DNA of 64,000 nt from Octopus sinensis. Its lineage: Eukaryota. Below the pieces are notes generated by a model. The model saw nothing but the letters and a program-made list of their open reading frames with translations, had not been told where the DNA came from and did no database searches. The stretch's first letter is position 1. Every line of letters starts with the position of its first letter. The translations under genes were made by a program, and so were the position numbers. The DNA lies in assembly GCF_006345805.1 (NCBI RefSeq), contig NC_043009.1:71362001-71426000 (forward strand), read 5' to 3'. This document shows, piece by piece, positions 12,088 to 25,789 of the stretch.

Positions 12088-14179
12088 ATATAAGTGTGCG
12101 CATGCGTGTGTGTGCGCGCATGCGTGTGTGTGCGCGCACGCACACATATATTCACACACACATACGCAAGTAATAAAGACAAACATATACTCTCAGACTC
12201 TATAGAACTAAACATTGAACCCTATTCTTCAAGTAACCGGCATCAGAACTGAACTATTTTTTATCAAACTTCAAGTCATTCGGTTTAACAACAACGCCCG
12301 AGTCTACTGTGCTACTAGCATTCAGGTCAAACCGCCGGTCGAAGAACACTCCTTTACCCATCACCCATCTCGAAAACCCTAAAAAGCATGGTTGCCGCTG
12401 CTCTTCCAGCTTGGAATAAACCATTTGAAATCTTCAGGAGATACAAAACAAAAAACGCAGGGAAAAAGTTTGTTTAAAAACACCGGCCCCACCCACAAAG
12501 ATAAGATCTACAGATATTTACGAGCTGCAGTAGCAACCCCGATATATACGGAGTTAGGCTTCCGGAATAAGTCACTCTGTCTAACCCTAGCCCTTACTTC
12601 CGGATCCTGGTTATGCTAAATGCTAATGCCTTTATCCCCAGTTTACCCTCTTATCGTTTTATCAAACGAAGGCCTCTTGTCTATGAATGCAAAACAGACT
12701 GCACTGTGTACACATGGACTACATATATGAGCTGCGTGTGTACGAATGTGTGTATGTATGTGTGTGTGTTTGTGTAGAGTGAGAGAGAGAGAGAGGGAGA
12801 GAGTGGGAAAGAGTGGGAGAGAGAAAGGGAGAAGGGAAAGACAGTGTGATGTCGGTCTTGTTTCGAGAACTTTCTCATTTCCTTCCAAGCCACCACCCAC
12901 TTCCCCCTCCCTAACTCATACCCTTTTTCTTCTTCTCTTCTTCTTCTTCTTCTTCTTCTTCTTCTTCTTTCTTCTTCTTCTTCTTCTCTTCTTCTTCTCC
13001 TCCTTCCTCTTCGACGTCTTCCCAGTCTGCGATGTTCAGAGGTGAGCTTGGTGCGGTTAACGTTCAATTTCACTTGTTGTATACGTAATGCATGGCTTTT
13101 GTACTGAATCCGTAGCTAACGCGTGTGTACAGCGAATCGGTATGTGTGCATACGTGTATGTATGTACGTACGTATGTATGTATGTATGTATGTATGTATG
13201 TATGTATGTATGTATGTATGTATGTATGTATGTACGTATGTATGTATGTATGTATGTATGTATGTATGTATGTATGTATGTATGTATGTATGTACGTACG
13301 TACGTATGTATGTATGTATGTGTGTGTGTGTATGTATTTATGTGTATGTATGTGTGTATGTATGTGTATGTATGCAGGTGTGCATGTATACAAGCACGGA
13401 TGCATGTATGTGCACACGTATATACACTTACGTCGCAGTCTGAGAAGACAACAAAGAGCAAGAAGGTGCAAGAGAAGCGGTTGGGTTGGCGAGAAAGCAA
13501 GTGGCTTCGAAAGGGCCGAGGAGATTTTGGGTCGCTCGGCCGCCACCCGAACCTCGACACTCTGTTCTTCAGACTCTTACTAATTACATGCACCAAATAT
13601 ACAAATAAATAAAAACGGTTTTCAACAGAACAAAAGAAAATAAGGCAAATAGCCGCAAAGATTTTCTTTTAATAGACTTACCGTTGTCTGTTCTAAAATT
13701 GGTCCCATGTCATCCCGCCTCCGTTGTAGGGGTTCCGTGGCTAATTTTTTTGCGTATATATGCCGTATAAAACTGCATGTTGAATTCAACATACATCTGT
13801 AGCTATATATGTCTGTATATATTTGAATTTATTGGTCTATGTGGGTAAGGCTGTATGTATGTGGTATGTCTGTATTTGTTTATGTAGTAATGTATGAATG
13901 TGTGTGTATACATATATGTACATAGATAGATAGATATGGATATATGTATATGTAATATATATATTATATATATATAATATATATATATATAATGTATGTA
14001 TGTATGTATGTATGTATGTATGTAGTTATCAATGTGTCGTTCCCTTTTGGTCGATCTCGATCTCAACCGGTCTCTCCATATCTAATAGATATGAACATAA
14101 TTTGTACGTGGAAAATATCGGATACGCGTATATTTACATGTATAAAGAGAAGTGTAAAAATGTAAATACAAACATATGT

Positions 14180-14222
<43 letters not shown>

Positions 14223-14457
14223 AAAGAGAAAGAGAGAGAGAAGAGCGAGATAGTAGGAGAGAGGTGGAGAGTGAGAGAAAGTGAAAGAGAGAATTTATTA
14301 CGAAGTATATGTTTATATTTATGTGTGTGAGTGTGTGTAAACTATGCCTTCCCTCCCTCTATCTATCCCCTTCTATAGTCAAAATAATGGGTATATATAT
14401 AGATATAGATATATAGATATATACAGATATATAACATATATATAATATATATATATT

Positions 14458-14486
14458 CTACACTTTGATCTTAGCCAAAAGGCCGA
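14458..14486 (-). pseudogene. U2 snRNA 5' fragment (truncated retrocopy)
   Basis: Minus strand TCGGCCTTTTGGCTAAGATCAAAGTGTAG matches invertebrate-type U2 stem I up to the branch-point recognition region; embedded in TA-rich repeats. Confidence 0.85.
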
Positions 14487-14966
14487 TATATAGAGAGAGT
14501 GAGTGTTTATTATAGTGTACGAGGGTTACGACATAGCAAGTAGTAGTAGTAGCAGCAGCAGCAACATCAGTAGTAGTAGTAGTAGTAAGTAGTAGTAGTA
14601 GTAGAGGGCCGTGTTACAACTCACTTGAAAGAAGACTGAACGATGGTTTTTTGCTTTGCGCCAATTGACAATTTACAAAAAACAGAAAAAAAGGGGTCCG
14701 CAATAGGTTGTAGGGGGGGAAGGAATAATGGGGTTGCGAGAGGGTGTGGGCTTTGGTGAATGAGTGTCCGATATTGATAGAGAGAGAGACGTATCGATAA
14801 TGTTGAGAGGAGGGGTTGGGGTGGGGTGCTAGACAGCTGTGTCACCAAATGTTGTTGGAGCAGCGATCGGCGATGAACGGCAATGGTGGCGATTGGGAAC
14901 GAGGAACAGCAATGGTGGCGGAGGGGAAGGAGGCTCTGCTGGTTGATGGCAGCAGCAGCAGCAGCG

Positions 14967-15006
<40 letters not shown>

Positions 15007-15514
15007 CAGCAGCAGCAGAAGGAGGCGGGGAGGGAGAGGAAACCAGTATTTTTTCGCAACAGACAGTCCGTGAAAGTACGAAAATCTTTGCCTCTTCATA
15101 TAGACATGTGTGTGTGTTTGTGTGTGTGAGTGTGCAAACGCGTAAGTGAGGGTGAGCGCGTGCGGTTGTTTTACAGTTTTTATTTACTTTCTTTTTTCCC
15201 CGTACGTGAGTGCACATCAATACATTAGGCTGTGTATCAGCCGCACTTCGATGGTTTTCATTCATACTTACATACAAATACACACACACCCACACACACA
15301 CACACACACACATATATATACACACACACACACATACGTACGTACGTACATAGATGTGAGCGCCTGTTGTTCTGATGCAACGGGTGTTGCCTGAGCAGCG
15401 AATAGAAAAGGAGAGAAGCGATCAAAGGTATATTCTCGCGGGGAGAGAGGGAGGGAGGGAGAGTGCCTGTGTGTCAGAGAGAGAGAGGGGAGAGAGAGAA
15501 ACAGAGAGTGTGTG

Positions 15515-15546
<32 letters not shown>

Positions 15547-15796
15547 GCGTGTGTGTGTGCGTGCGTTTAGTGTAAACGATGCCAGGGCGAGGCTGCAGCT
15601 GATAATTTCAGAGTTGAAATCGTTCTTCTCTCCATCTCACTTCCATCTCACTCTCTCTTTCTCTTCTGTGTTTGAGATGAAACTATTTGATTATTTATCT
15701 AGTCACACACCACACACACACACATACATACATTCATATATATACATATATATATATATATATTATATATATATGTATATATATATTATATATATA

Positions 15797-15889
<93 letters not shown>

Positions 15890-16162
15890 GTATATAAATA
15901 CATATGTATACATATATATGTATATATATATTATACGTTTATATACATATATATATCATGTATGTATATATACATACATATACTTTATTTAAAGCAGCAG
16001 AAAATTCAACAAAATTCAACAAAACCTGTTACAGATTTGTTGAATTTTCTGCTGCTTTAAATAAAGCATATTACTCTACCACTGGTATTTGAGTACTCTT
16101 TTCCCCACCTTGTTTCACATTTATGTGTTTACTCCGGTATACATACATATATACATATGATA

Positions 16163-16211
<49 letters not shown>

Positions 16212-16244
16212 ATATATATATATTATATATATATACATATATGT

Positions 16245-16322
<78 letters not shown>

Positions 16323-16917
16323 GGTAGGTAGGTAGGTAAATTGATTGATCGAGAGATGGATGTATGGCCGTCTGCGTATTTGGTGGTTTGGAGCTGGAAC
16401 GGGTGAGGGCGCTTCCTCCCACTTCCTTAGAATTTCGTACAACGCAGCACATTTTTTTCTCTTTTAATCGTCGTTTCCCGTTTCCTCTCCCCGAACCTCA
16501 CAAGCAAAAATTGACTTCTACTATCTCCTCCCACCACCACCACCACTACCGCTACTACAATACAAAGGTATATCCCAGATACCATTCACCTCCCACAACC
16601 ACCACCGCTACCACAGGCCAATAACAAACGCCTCGTCGCATCGATTCTCTCCGATGCTACTACTACTACTTCTACCACTGCTACTACTACTACTACTACT
16701 ACTATTACCATCTCTATCAACACTAGATATCACCACCACCAGCACCACCACCACCCTAGTGACAATCAAGAACGAAGCTAGCCCCAACCCCTCCCTCCTC
16801 CCACCCAGCCGTCGCGACATCTGCCGCCACCACCACCGCTCCGAGCCATCATCATCCTCATCATCATTAAGGCGTAGTTAATTCAACGCCACCACCACCA
16901 CCACCACCACCACTTCT

Positions 16918-16962
16918 ATGACGTCATTGCTATCGTCAGTTCCATGGTCTCGGTGACGTCAC
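16918..16962. promoter_or_regulatory. Pair of full palindromic CRE sites (TGACGTCA)
   Basis: ATGACGTCAT at 16918-16927 and GTGACGTCAC at 16953-16962, 35 bp apart, outside recognisable TE sequence. Confidence 0.45.
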
Positions 16963-17041
16963 TAGAACTTGGTAAATATTCCGGGTTTTAGATGCAAACA
17001 GGACGAAATCACTTTCACTTCCTTGCTCTCTTTCTCCCCCG

Positions 17042-17084
<43 letters not shown>

Positions 17085-17470
17085 CTCTCTCTCTCTCTCC
17101 CACTTTTCTTAACCTTTCTCTCTCTTTCACTCACTCCCTTTCTCTCTCTTCTACTCTTTCTTTTCCTTTCTCACTCTCTTTTTCTCTTTCTCTTTCTCTC
17201 TCTTCTTCTCTTCCATTCTTTCTTTTCCTTTCTCTCTAACTCACTCTACCTTTACTTTCTGCCACTTTCTTCAAGGCACCCCCCCCACACACACATACCT
17301 AAATAACTTACACATAGACATTACCGTACACACATACATACACTCCACTCATAAGCACAACCGTACGCATAAACACACACATTTAGACAGAAACAACTAC
17401 ATACATATATACACACACTTTCATTAACACTTAGACATGATCATAGCGCACAAACACACACACACATTCT

Positions 17471-17510
<40 letters not shown>

Positions 17511-17789
17511 GTTTCTCTCTCGCTCTCTATCACACACACACACACACTGCACACTTATACTTGTATTTGAAATAAGCGAAAACGCTTGTAAGCCCCTTTT
17601 TTTGTCCCCACATGATTTAGTCAGAGTAGGGAGCACCGATGATCCTTTCGAAGGCGTCAGATGTTAGTCTTAAAGATAAGGTTAATTCCAACTGAAAAAA
17701 AAACTACCCAGAATTCTAGCACTATAATGAATTCTGTAGAAAACACCCACGGGCCAGGTAGTTCTATTAACAGAAATTGTTCTCCTGGC

Positions 17790-17905
17790 AGGCTTCCACA
17801 CAGTCTCCGTCTATCAAATTTCACTCACAAGGCTTCTGTTGATATCAGCCTATGCTCGAAGATACTTGCCCAAGATACCTCGCGCTGTGATTAAACCTAG
17901 CAGCC
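17790..17905 (-). mobile_element. CORE-type SINE fragment
   Basis: CCGTCTATCAAATTTCACTCACAAGGC...GAAGATACTTGCCCAAG is the reverse complement of a CORE-like CTTGGGCAAGT.TCTTC motif. Confidence 0.55.
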
Positions 17906-18479
17906 AGTGAAATTGTCGACCCTCATTGAATTATAAATGAGAGAACAAGTTATACAGCGTTTGTCCCTATTGAACTCATCTTTCTACTGGCCCCTGACTA
18001 TTCAGAATTACGGTTTTATAATAAAAGCATCTTAACTTTATAAAACAGCAATTCATCCACTCTCTTTGAAATCCTCACAGGTCTCATATAGAAGACGCCC
18101 TGCCCTAAACTACAACGTTACGAAGCAAGTTCTTTGATCACATTGTATATCGAAAATGTGTTCTTTATCGAGGAATCAAATCAGGTAAAGCCAGTCCGCT
18201 TCAGGTTGCTGACTGCGATAACATGTCCTACGTAAAAGGAATATATGAAGAGAAATGGATTAACCCAGAAAAAGGAGCGACAAAGCAGTTTCCAAGTTGG
18301 TAGAGTCTCGCAGTTCGAGAGAAATTGTTCTGCAATTTCCAGCTGAAAAACCTGCAAAAAAACGATTTGTTTCTGGTTCACGAATGTATCTGCTGTGCAT
18401 TAGTTCACCCCCTCCATCAAATGAACATCGCTTGAACAGGTACGCGGTGTGCCACCTGTCGGGTATCGAAGTGATTGCA

Positions 18480-18710
18480 GGAGCTGGCAGAAATGTTAGC
18501 ACGCCGGGCGAAATGCGTGGCCGTATTTCGTCTGCCGTTACGTTGTGAGTTCAAATTCCACCGAGGTCGACTTTGCCTTTCATCCTTTCGGGGTCAATAA
18601 ATTAAGTACCAGTTACGCACTGAGGTCGATGTAATCGACTTAATACCTATGTCTGTCCTTGTTTGTCCCCTCTGTGTTTAGCCCCTTGTGGGTAATAAAG
18701 AAATTGGTAT
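18480..18710 (+). mobile_element. Near full-length tRNA-derived SINE
   Basis: Head GAGCTGGCAGAA, B-box-like GAGTTCAAATTCC, core GGTCGACTTTGCCTTTCATCCTTTCGGGGTC, tail AGCCCCTTGTGGGTAATAAAGAAA; highly similar to 63117-63335. Confidence 0.9.
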
Positions 18711-18775
18711 ATTGCGCGGGAACACTGTAACCGGTCCGGGGCAATTCGCATTCACGATCTCGCGAAATCTCGCGG

Positions 18776-18935
18776 GAAGAAGAAGAAGAAGAAGAAGAAG
18801 AAGAAGAAGAAGAAGAAGAAGAAGAAGAGAAGAAGAAGAAGAAGAAGAAGAAGAAGAAGAAGAAGAAGAAGAAGAAGAAGAAGAAGAAGAAGAAGAAGAA
18901 GAAGAAGAAGAAGAAGAAGAAGAAGAAGAAGAAGA
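18776..18935 (+). repeat. (GAA)n microsatellite, ~50 units
   Basis: Direct reading. Confidence 0.97.
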
Positions 18936-19261
18936 ATTGCTCCCCTGTCCTTGCCTGGTACTGTATGGCATATATAACGCCACTGGCTGCAGTGAATGTC
19001 CTGAAAAATCATTTCGTGTAAACAACAAATGCGGCAGGAAATGATTTTTCGGACGTTCACCGCAGTCTGTGGCGTTATAAACAACACATTCAGATTACGT
19101 TCGATGCACGAATTAATATTCGTTAAAAAGGCTGCTTTAGCTAAAAATATAATATAATGTAATATAATATGATTTTCTATGTAAGTATGTATGTATGCAT
19201 GCATCCATGTATGTATGTATGTATGTATGTAAGTATGTATGTATGTATGTATGTATGTATG

Positions 19262-19295
<34 letters not shown>

Positions 19296-19461
19296 TGTAT
19301 GCATGTATGTATATGTGTGTGCATGCATGTGTGCGCGCGTGTGTGGAGAGAAAAAGAGGTAGAATGAGAGAGAGTGAGAGAGATAGACAGACGCAAATAT
19401 ATCTGTATGTAGATAGATAGATACAAGTATAAGTGTACGTGTGTATATATATATATATATA

Positions 19462-20323
19462 CACGGTCTGATCAATAAGTATCCGGACTGTTGCCATAGT
19501 AACGAAGCTAAGGCACGCAGAATGAAGCCGCCTAGCAAAGATTGACCTTGAACTCTGCTGTGTATGCGCATTAAGTTTTAATGTCCTAGCTCACTTTCAA
19601 CAGTGCTTGGGAGGAAGGTGTGTAACATGACAGTGACAGTTGAGCAAAGATTCTGTCTCAAGTTTTGCCAAAAGCATGGCGATACCTGCTCAGAGGCCTT
19701 CACAAAGATTTCAAAAAGTTTCCATCGTTCTCAACACAATCAACGAGATCTTGTGCTACAGAAACCCGAGTATATTTTTGGGTCAGCTGAAAGCAGTTTT
19801 GACAAAACTTGGCAAACACGCGTCTCATATCCAAATCTTCAGTAATAATGGACTGAACTGAACCGTAACTAATCTGCACATCTTCTGATAACTCACGGAT
19901 GCTGATTCGACGATTTCCCCTCTCAGCTGCATGCACATCTGTGATGTCTTTCTCAGTTCTGCTGGTTGCGGGTCTCCCAGAATGTTCGTCAATATCGACA
20001 TTTTTTTTGGTCATTTTGGAAACGCCTGATCTACTCGTACACTTGTGTGCGTCTCATACACTCCTCTCCATACACTTTCTGCAACCTTGCATAGGCCACC
20101 GAGCAGTTATCACCATCACAACCTTCTTTGTCATGGTCAAGGCAACGATCACATGCTACACACCTTCCTTCCAAGCACTGCGGTAATCAGCAGAAGTGAG
20201 ATAGAACGTTAAAACTCAGTTCATGTGTACAGCAGAGTTCAAGGTCAATTTTTGCCAAACGACTTTATGTTCTTTAGCTTCGTTACTATGACAACCATCC
20301 GGATACTTATTGATCAGACCTCG
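19462..20323 (-). mobile_element. Non-autonomous mariner element made of two inverted left ends (copy A)
   Basis: TA-flanked TIR ..GGTCTGATCAATAAGTATCCGGA at both ends. Short arm encodes EQRFCLKFCQKHGDTCSEAF; long arm (minus) encodes DEHSGRPATSRT..RRISIRELSEDVQISYGSVQSIITEDLDMRRV (HTH region, no DDD domain). Confidence 0.9.
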
Positions 20324-20681
20324 TACGCACACACACATCTTGTACATACATACACACACCCGTACACACACATACACACACATTTTATTTAAAAAACCAA
20401 ACTTATATTTAAAACTGAAATAATAAATCTCAGCTAAAGATAGTTGCGTCATTTAAGGGGAATATTGCAGATTCTATGAATAAGCGGTACAATAAAGCTA
20501 TGGGAGAATTTTTAAAAATTCAAAAAGATTTCTTAACTGAAAATAAATTCCAGCAAGGAGAGATCTTTGTTTTTGGTAAGAAACAGGTCTCTCCAAAGAG
20601 AATTCAAAGAATTTTATATATCCGTTTGTGTGTGTGTTTGCATGTGTAGGTGTATTCGTGTGTGGGTGGGTGTGCGCGTGC

Positions 20682-20716
<35 letters not shown>

Positions 20717-21578
20717 CGTGTGCGTGGTGTGTGTGTGTGTGTGTGTGTAGCAGAAAAGGAAAACGCCTCAAGAGAATTTGTCAAAGAATGTTGAACTGTC
20801 GAAGTTGTTTGCAATGTGGTTGATCAATCCGCTAGAAATAACAGCCAAATCTCTCTTAATTGCACCCAGTCGCTTTGATTTCAAAAAGAGGGGAGGGGCA
20901 AATAATTCTGGATCTCCACTGCCGAAAGGAAGGCGAGGTGGTCTTCGTCGTGGTTCTTCTCCATTTGTACTGATTTGGAGATTAGGAATTCGAAATTCTA
21001 TACGTAGTCATGGAGACAGTTATTCTCGTTGCTTAGTTTCCAATTCCGTACCTTGCAGATAAATGATCAACAACGCCCCAGCTGAGACTGTCCATCTTTC
21101 ATGCTGCCTTACGTAACTTTCGCAGATTGCTTTAGATGATCGGCTGGATTAATTATTGAGGATGCTTTCAAAGCTTCTGTTATTTCTAGCACTTCGAGCG
21201 ACCACCCATTCGCTCGCTCGGTGCCAATGCTCAAAAGGTGGCGCTTACGAAACAAAGAGGACGAAATTCCACATTCCAAAACAGAAGCTATTCTCAGAAC
21301 AGTGCAAGTATTTTAAAGATATTATTCATAAAACATGTATACACACACTCACACATACATACATATATACATATATGTGTATGTGTGTGTGTGTGTGTAT
21401 ATGCATGTATATATATACATACATACATATATATTCATACATACATATTCATAAGCATACATCCATCCATCCATACATACATACATGCACATACATATAT
21501 ACATACATGTAAACATACATACATATTCATAGGTGTTACAGACATATATTTATGCACATAAATGTCAAGGCGTACACA

Positions 21579-21609
<31 letters not shown>

Positions 21610-22029
21610 CGTGTGTGTATTAAATAGACACACCGACGGATTAACATGCAGAGATATGAACATATCGGCAAGCACATACGCATCCATAATATATAGACAC
21701 ACAGACATACGTATGCATGTATGAATGTATATACGTATGCATAAATGTATTTATGTAGCTACGATTATGTATATATATGTGTGTGTGTGCGTTCGTGCAT
21801 GAGTGCGCATATGCGTGTGTGCATGTGTGCGTATGTGTGTGCTGTATCTGTGTTGTGTGTGTGTGCGTGTGTGTGTGCGCGTGCGTGTATGTGTGTGTGC
21901 GGGTGCGTATGTGTGTGTGTGTTGTGTGTGCGCGCGTGTGCGTGTGTTGAGTGTGTGTGTGTATGAGTGCGCTTGTGTGTGTGTGTGCCCGTGATGGCAA
22001 CACACGCTGTAGTGTGTATGAATGTGTTC

Positions 22030-22192
22030 ATACATTTTCCTTTGTTTTATTTTTTCTTTTTCTATTTGTTTTCCTTCGTAAGATTCCAGTTCCTGGGCTT
22101 TGGGAATATATTGGAAGCGCGACTGCGAAGATGTCCGTCCACCAATCAACAAACTTACTTTCGACCACACACATATCTGCTTCATTACTGTT

Positions 22193-22227
<35 letters not shown>

Positions 22228-24000
22228 ATTCCATATGTACATTCGGTTGAGTCCATAAACTCAGGCCAGGAAACTCAAATGGGGAATCCAAGGAACGCTT
22301 TACGGGTAGCTGCTTTTTGCTCCCTGTTCCATAAATCCGGATTTCTGTTTTTATTGGAATGTTCCACCAATATTTTAGTGACAAGATCATTGCCGACATT
22401 TCTGAACTGCTGCTGCTGCTGCTGCTGCTGCTGCTAAAGGAGTTCACATCGCCCACACTGATACGGCATAAGTGACACCTATCACACGTAAAGATTTAGA
22501 GACGTTCGTATCTCTGCTTTTTCAGCCATTTTGTTGCTCTCCCTTCTTTCTGGATAAGTGTTGCCTTTCTCATGATGTATCTGTCACAAGTTCAGGATGG
22601 CGACTTTTCCTGCCAATATTGTTGATATACTCCATCTTCTCGGATATGTATTCATGCACATCTTTCTACTGGAATGGTGACAAATTATCCTCGAGGTTTC
22701 TATTTATGTAAACGAGTTCAGCTACCCTTGATTCACATGGAACATCTAAGCTGTACTCTCAGAGTATTTATTCAAGAATTCTTCGCCTAATCTCATAATG
22801 TTATTATTTTCGCTCATGAATATACGCGTGATGTATTCCTTGCCCTTTTATTGTTCAAAGATTGTCTGGATTGACCCTATACTTCTGCCTCGATTCCTGT
22901 CCTTTTACTGTTCAAACCCTGTCTGGACTGACCCTTTTCCTCGGCCTCAATCCTTCTGTTTCATTAAAATCCTGTCAATGTCACTGTTAATGTGGAAGTT
23001 ATTCTGTGATTGCTCGTATTTTTCTCTTTTTGATGCACAAATTAGGGATTTCTTCAAGTGCCCAGTCTAGTCTGCTGAGTGCTGTTGCTAATTCCAGCGT
23101 GGCAAAAGCCTTGAACGCAGACAACTCTGACTGCCATTCCCTCCAAAGTCTACAGAAGAATTCTTTTGACTTTCTAGCTTTAGTCACAGTACCATCTTAT
23201 GCAATCTTCTCACCAATTCTTAAATATTAGTAACATTGGCGACAAGAGACATAGACAAGTCATTGGTATGCATCCTCCTTGTTTGGTCGGCAATCTCTCC
23301 TCGTCTGTCTCCCCAAAGATGAACACCTATGCTGACCAAACTTCATTCCTATGCCTTGTGAGGATGTTGCGACCAGTTCTAGCTGCCTCCTGGGAATTTT
23401 ACTTTAATACAGCTGAAGGTCATCAAGTAAATAATGAAGATGACAATTCTCTTTTCTGTAGATTCTGTTATGAGACCTAAGCAGTTCCTCCATAGAATTG
23501 ACAACGCTTCCACTGCCAAGACAAAAAGCATTACACATAAGCTGTCACACTGGAATGGTCTTGTTGATAACCTAATTCTCTTTGAGATTATAGCAGTAAC
23601 TTCGGTGCCGCCGCGTTGTCGTCAGTCTCTTGACAGCATCCACCATTGCAGTTGGAACGGCGGCACAGTGGCTCTAGCATCCATGTATGCAAACAGAGCC
23701 GCCCAACATCTTCGCAAAGTCTAACCATTCAATCGCTTCGCTTGGGCGGTGCTGCTTCACTTGCTTGGGGATGGCTTTGCTCATGAGAAGCTGTTTGGCG
23801 CAGACCCGGACTTCTTTCTTTCTTACTGCCCAGTTGTAATGTCCTGTGTTTTGCAGCGAACCTGGAACAATACATTCAAACAACTTGGATACGGCTAACA
23901 AATAACATTGAAGGATGCTGCGAACCTGAAACTTTGGTCCACGTGCTTCTCTTGGCTTTCGGTGACGATTATAATACATGCAAATGTCAGTCAAACTGGC
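22030..24000 (-). mobile_element. Highly degraded second R4-clade non-LTR retrotransposon (RT to RLE)
   Basis: Minus-strand remnants in correct order: QLLMSKAI..WLDFAK, FQCDSLCVMLFVLAV, YLLDDLQLY, GIGMKFG, WQSELSAF..LDWALEEI, NFHINSDIDR..GRG, YWWNIPIKT. Confidence 0.75.
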
Positions 24001-24103
24001 ACATTGAGTTCAACGGACAGACAGACGGACAGAGGGACAGACAGACAGACATACAGAGGGACAGACAGACAGAGGGACAGACAGACAGACAGACAGACAG
24101 AGG

Positions 24104-24145
<42 letters not shown>

Positions 24146-24150
24146 TAGAC

Positions 24151-24225
<75 letters not shown>

Positions 24226-25329
24226 GATAGATAGATAGATAGATAGGTGATGGCTATCCCGAAGAATTTTAGCTTTCTGCACCACTCACTATCAGCCATC
24301 GGGTTTCTTCCAGTTGATTCGTCGGTAGTTTTGCAACAACGAGTAACAGAAGAGTTTTACTGATGAGGTTTGGGGAGAGACGTTTGCTCAGCACTCGCTT
24401 CATGACTCACTTAACCCCGATGCATCACAGTTGTATTGTTTGCATTCCAGATCCCTACCCACAATAACTCTAGATCATTCTGGAGAGGGCTTTTATGCCC
24501 TTGATAGTACAGGCTTTCATTCCGCGCTGTATCGTTTATGGGTTCGATGCAAATTTGTGATTGACGGTCCTACTTTCTGGTAATTTATAACGATCACGAA
24601 TTTCATGGTTAAAAGCAATTACCCAACCCATTAGTGTCCCTTATTAGTAGTTCCCGTAGACTTAAATAATCGATATAAAGCTGCAACTTTTGTCCTTGAA
24701 GATTTTGTTCACTTTGATAGTATTCAATCGTTCAGTATTTTTTTCCTGATCTGTCAATATTTTTGTGAGAAAGTTTAATAGATTTTTAATTCTCTGTTCA
24801 TTTGTAATTGTAACCACGATACAGGTGAAAGACAGTGGCTTTTATTTAATGTGCGATTTTGATAGTCAGTAGAGTAACAGCGAAATTTTAATGTCAAAGG
24901 TAGCTGCTGGTCGTAGATGATTTTTGAAGTAGCTGCTTCTAAATGGCTGGGGGGGGGGAAGCAAAGCACCTCGCTCTCAATTCATAACAGGGCGCCAAAA
25001 AGTCTTAATGGCTTAGCAGCTGCTGATGATGATGATGATGATGATACCGCTGTAAATGGTAGAGGCGATGGGGATGGGAGTGGTGGTGGTGGTGGTATTG
25101 ATGGTGATGTTTTATTTGTTGTAAGAAGACTTCAGGCAGGTATCTCTTTGGTCACGGTGGGGCGGACGAAGGTTATGCTAAGTGCTAATTACCCCATTCC
25201 CACCCCATCCGTTATTATTCCCGTTCACCTGACACATACCCAAGTTAATAATTTGGGTCAGCCTTAAGTATTAATGAAGTAATTTTCAGCAAAAGAATTT
25301 ATTAATGAGTGACAATATGAGTGACACAC

Positions 25330-25400
<71 letters not shown>

Positions 25401-25441
25401 CGTATGGTATAATAATAAACAGACTGAAAAATATAATGAAC

Positions 25442-25486
25442 CACCTTAACCGATTTTCGAACTCTATTGAGTTCTCGTCAGAGGCG
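25442..25486 (-). ncRNA. Minimal type I hammerhead ribozyme (Penelope-type)
   Basis: Minus strand CGCCU-CUGACGA-GAACUC-AAUA-GAGUUC-GAAA-AUCGGU-UA-AGGUG: intact core, perfect 6-bp stem II, near-palindromic stem III, 5-bp stem I; adjacent to (TA)n. Confidence 0.8.
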
Positions 25487-25789
25487 TCCACATCATTTTC
25501 ACAATCTCCGTAGAATCGAGCAGCCAAACTGTTTATATACTTAAGAAATGCAGCAGTTACTCTATGAAGAAGGCCCTAATTTGCATCCCGAAAGTGTTCA
25601 ACGCTATAAATACCAGCGGCCTCTCAACGGGGATCTTAGTCCACACAATATCAAGGTATGATATAATATGTATGTGTATGAATGTAATGTTGTACAATAA
25701 GCGACACCAAGAAGAGGTGAGAGTGTGTGAGACATATTTATGTAGAGGACAAAAGTTAGAAAATGGAATCTATCCTCCAGTTGTGGAGG

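Noticed and set aside
24358-24425. CTGATGA word
   Set aside because: No properly placed GAAA or stems follow.
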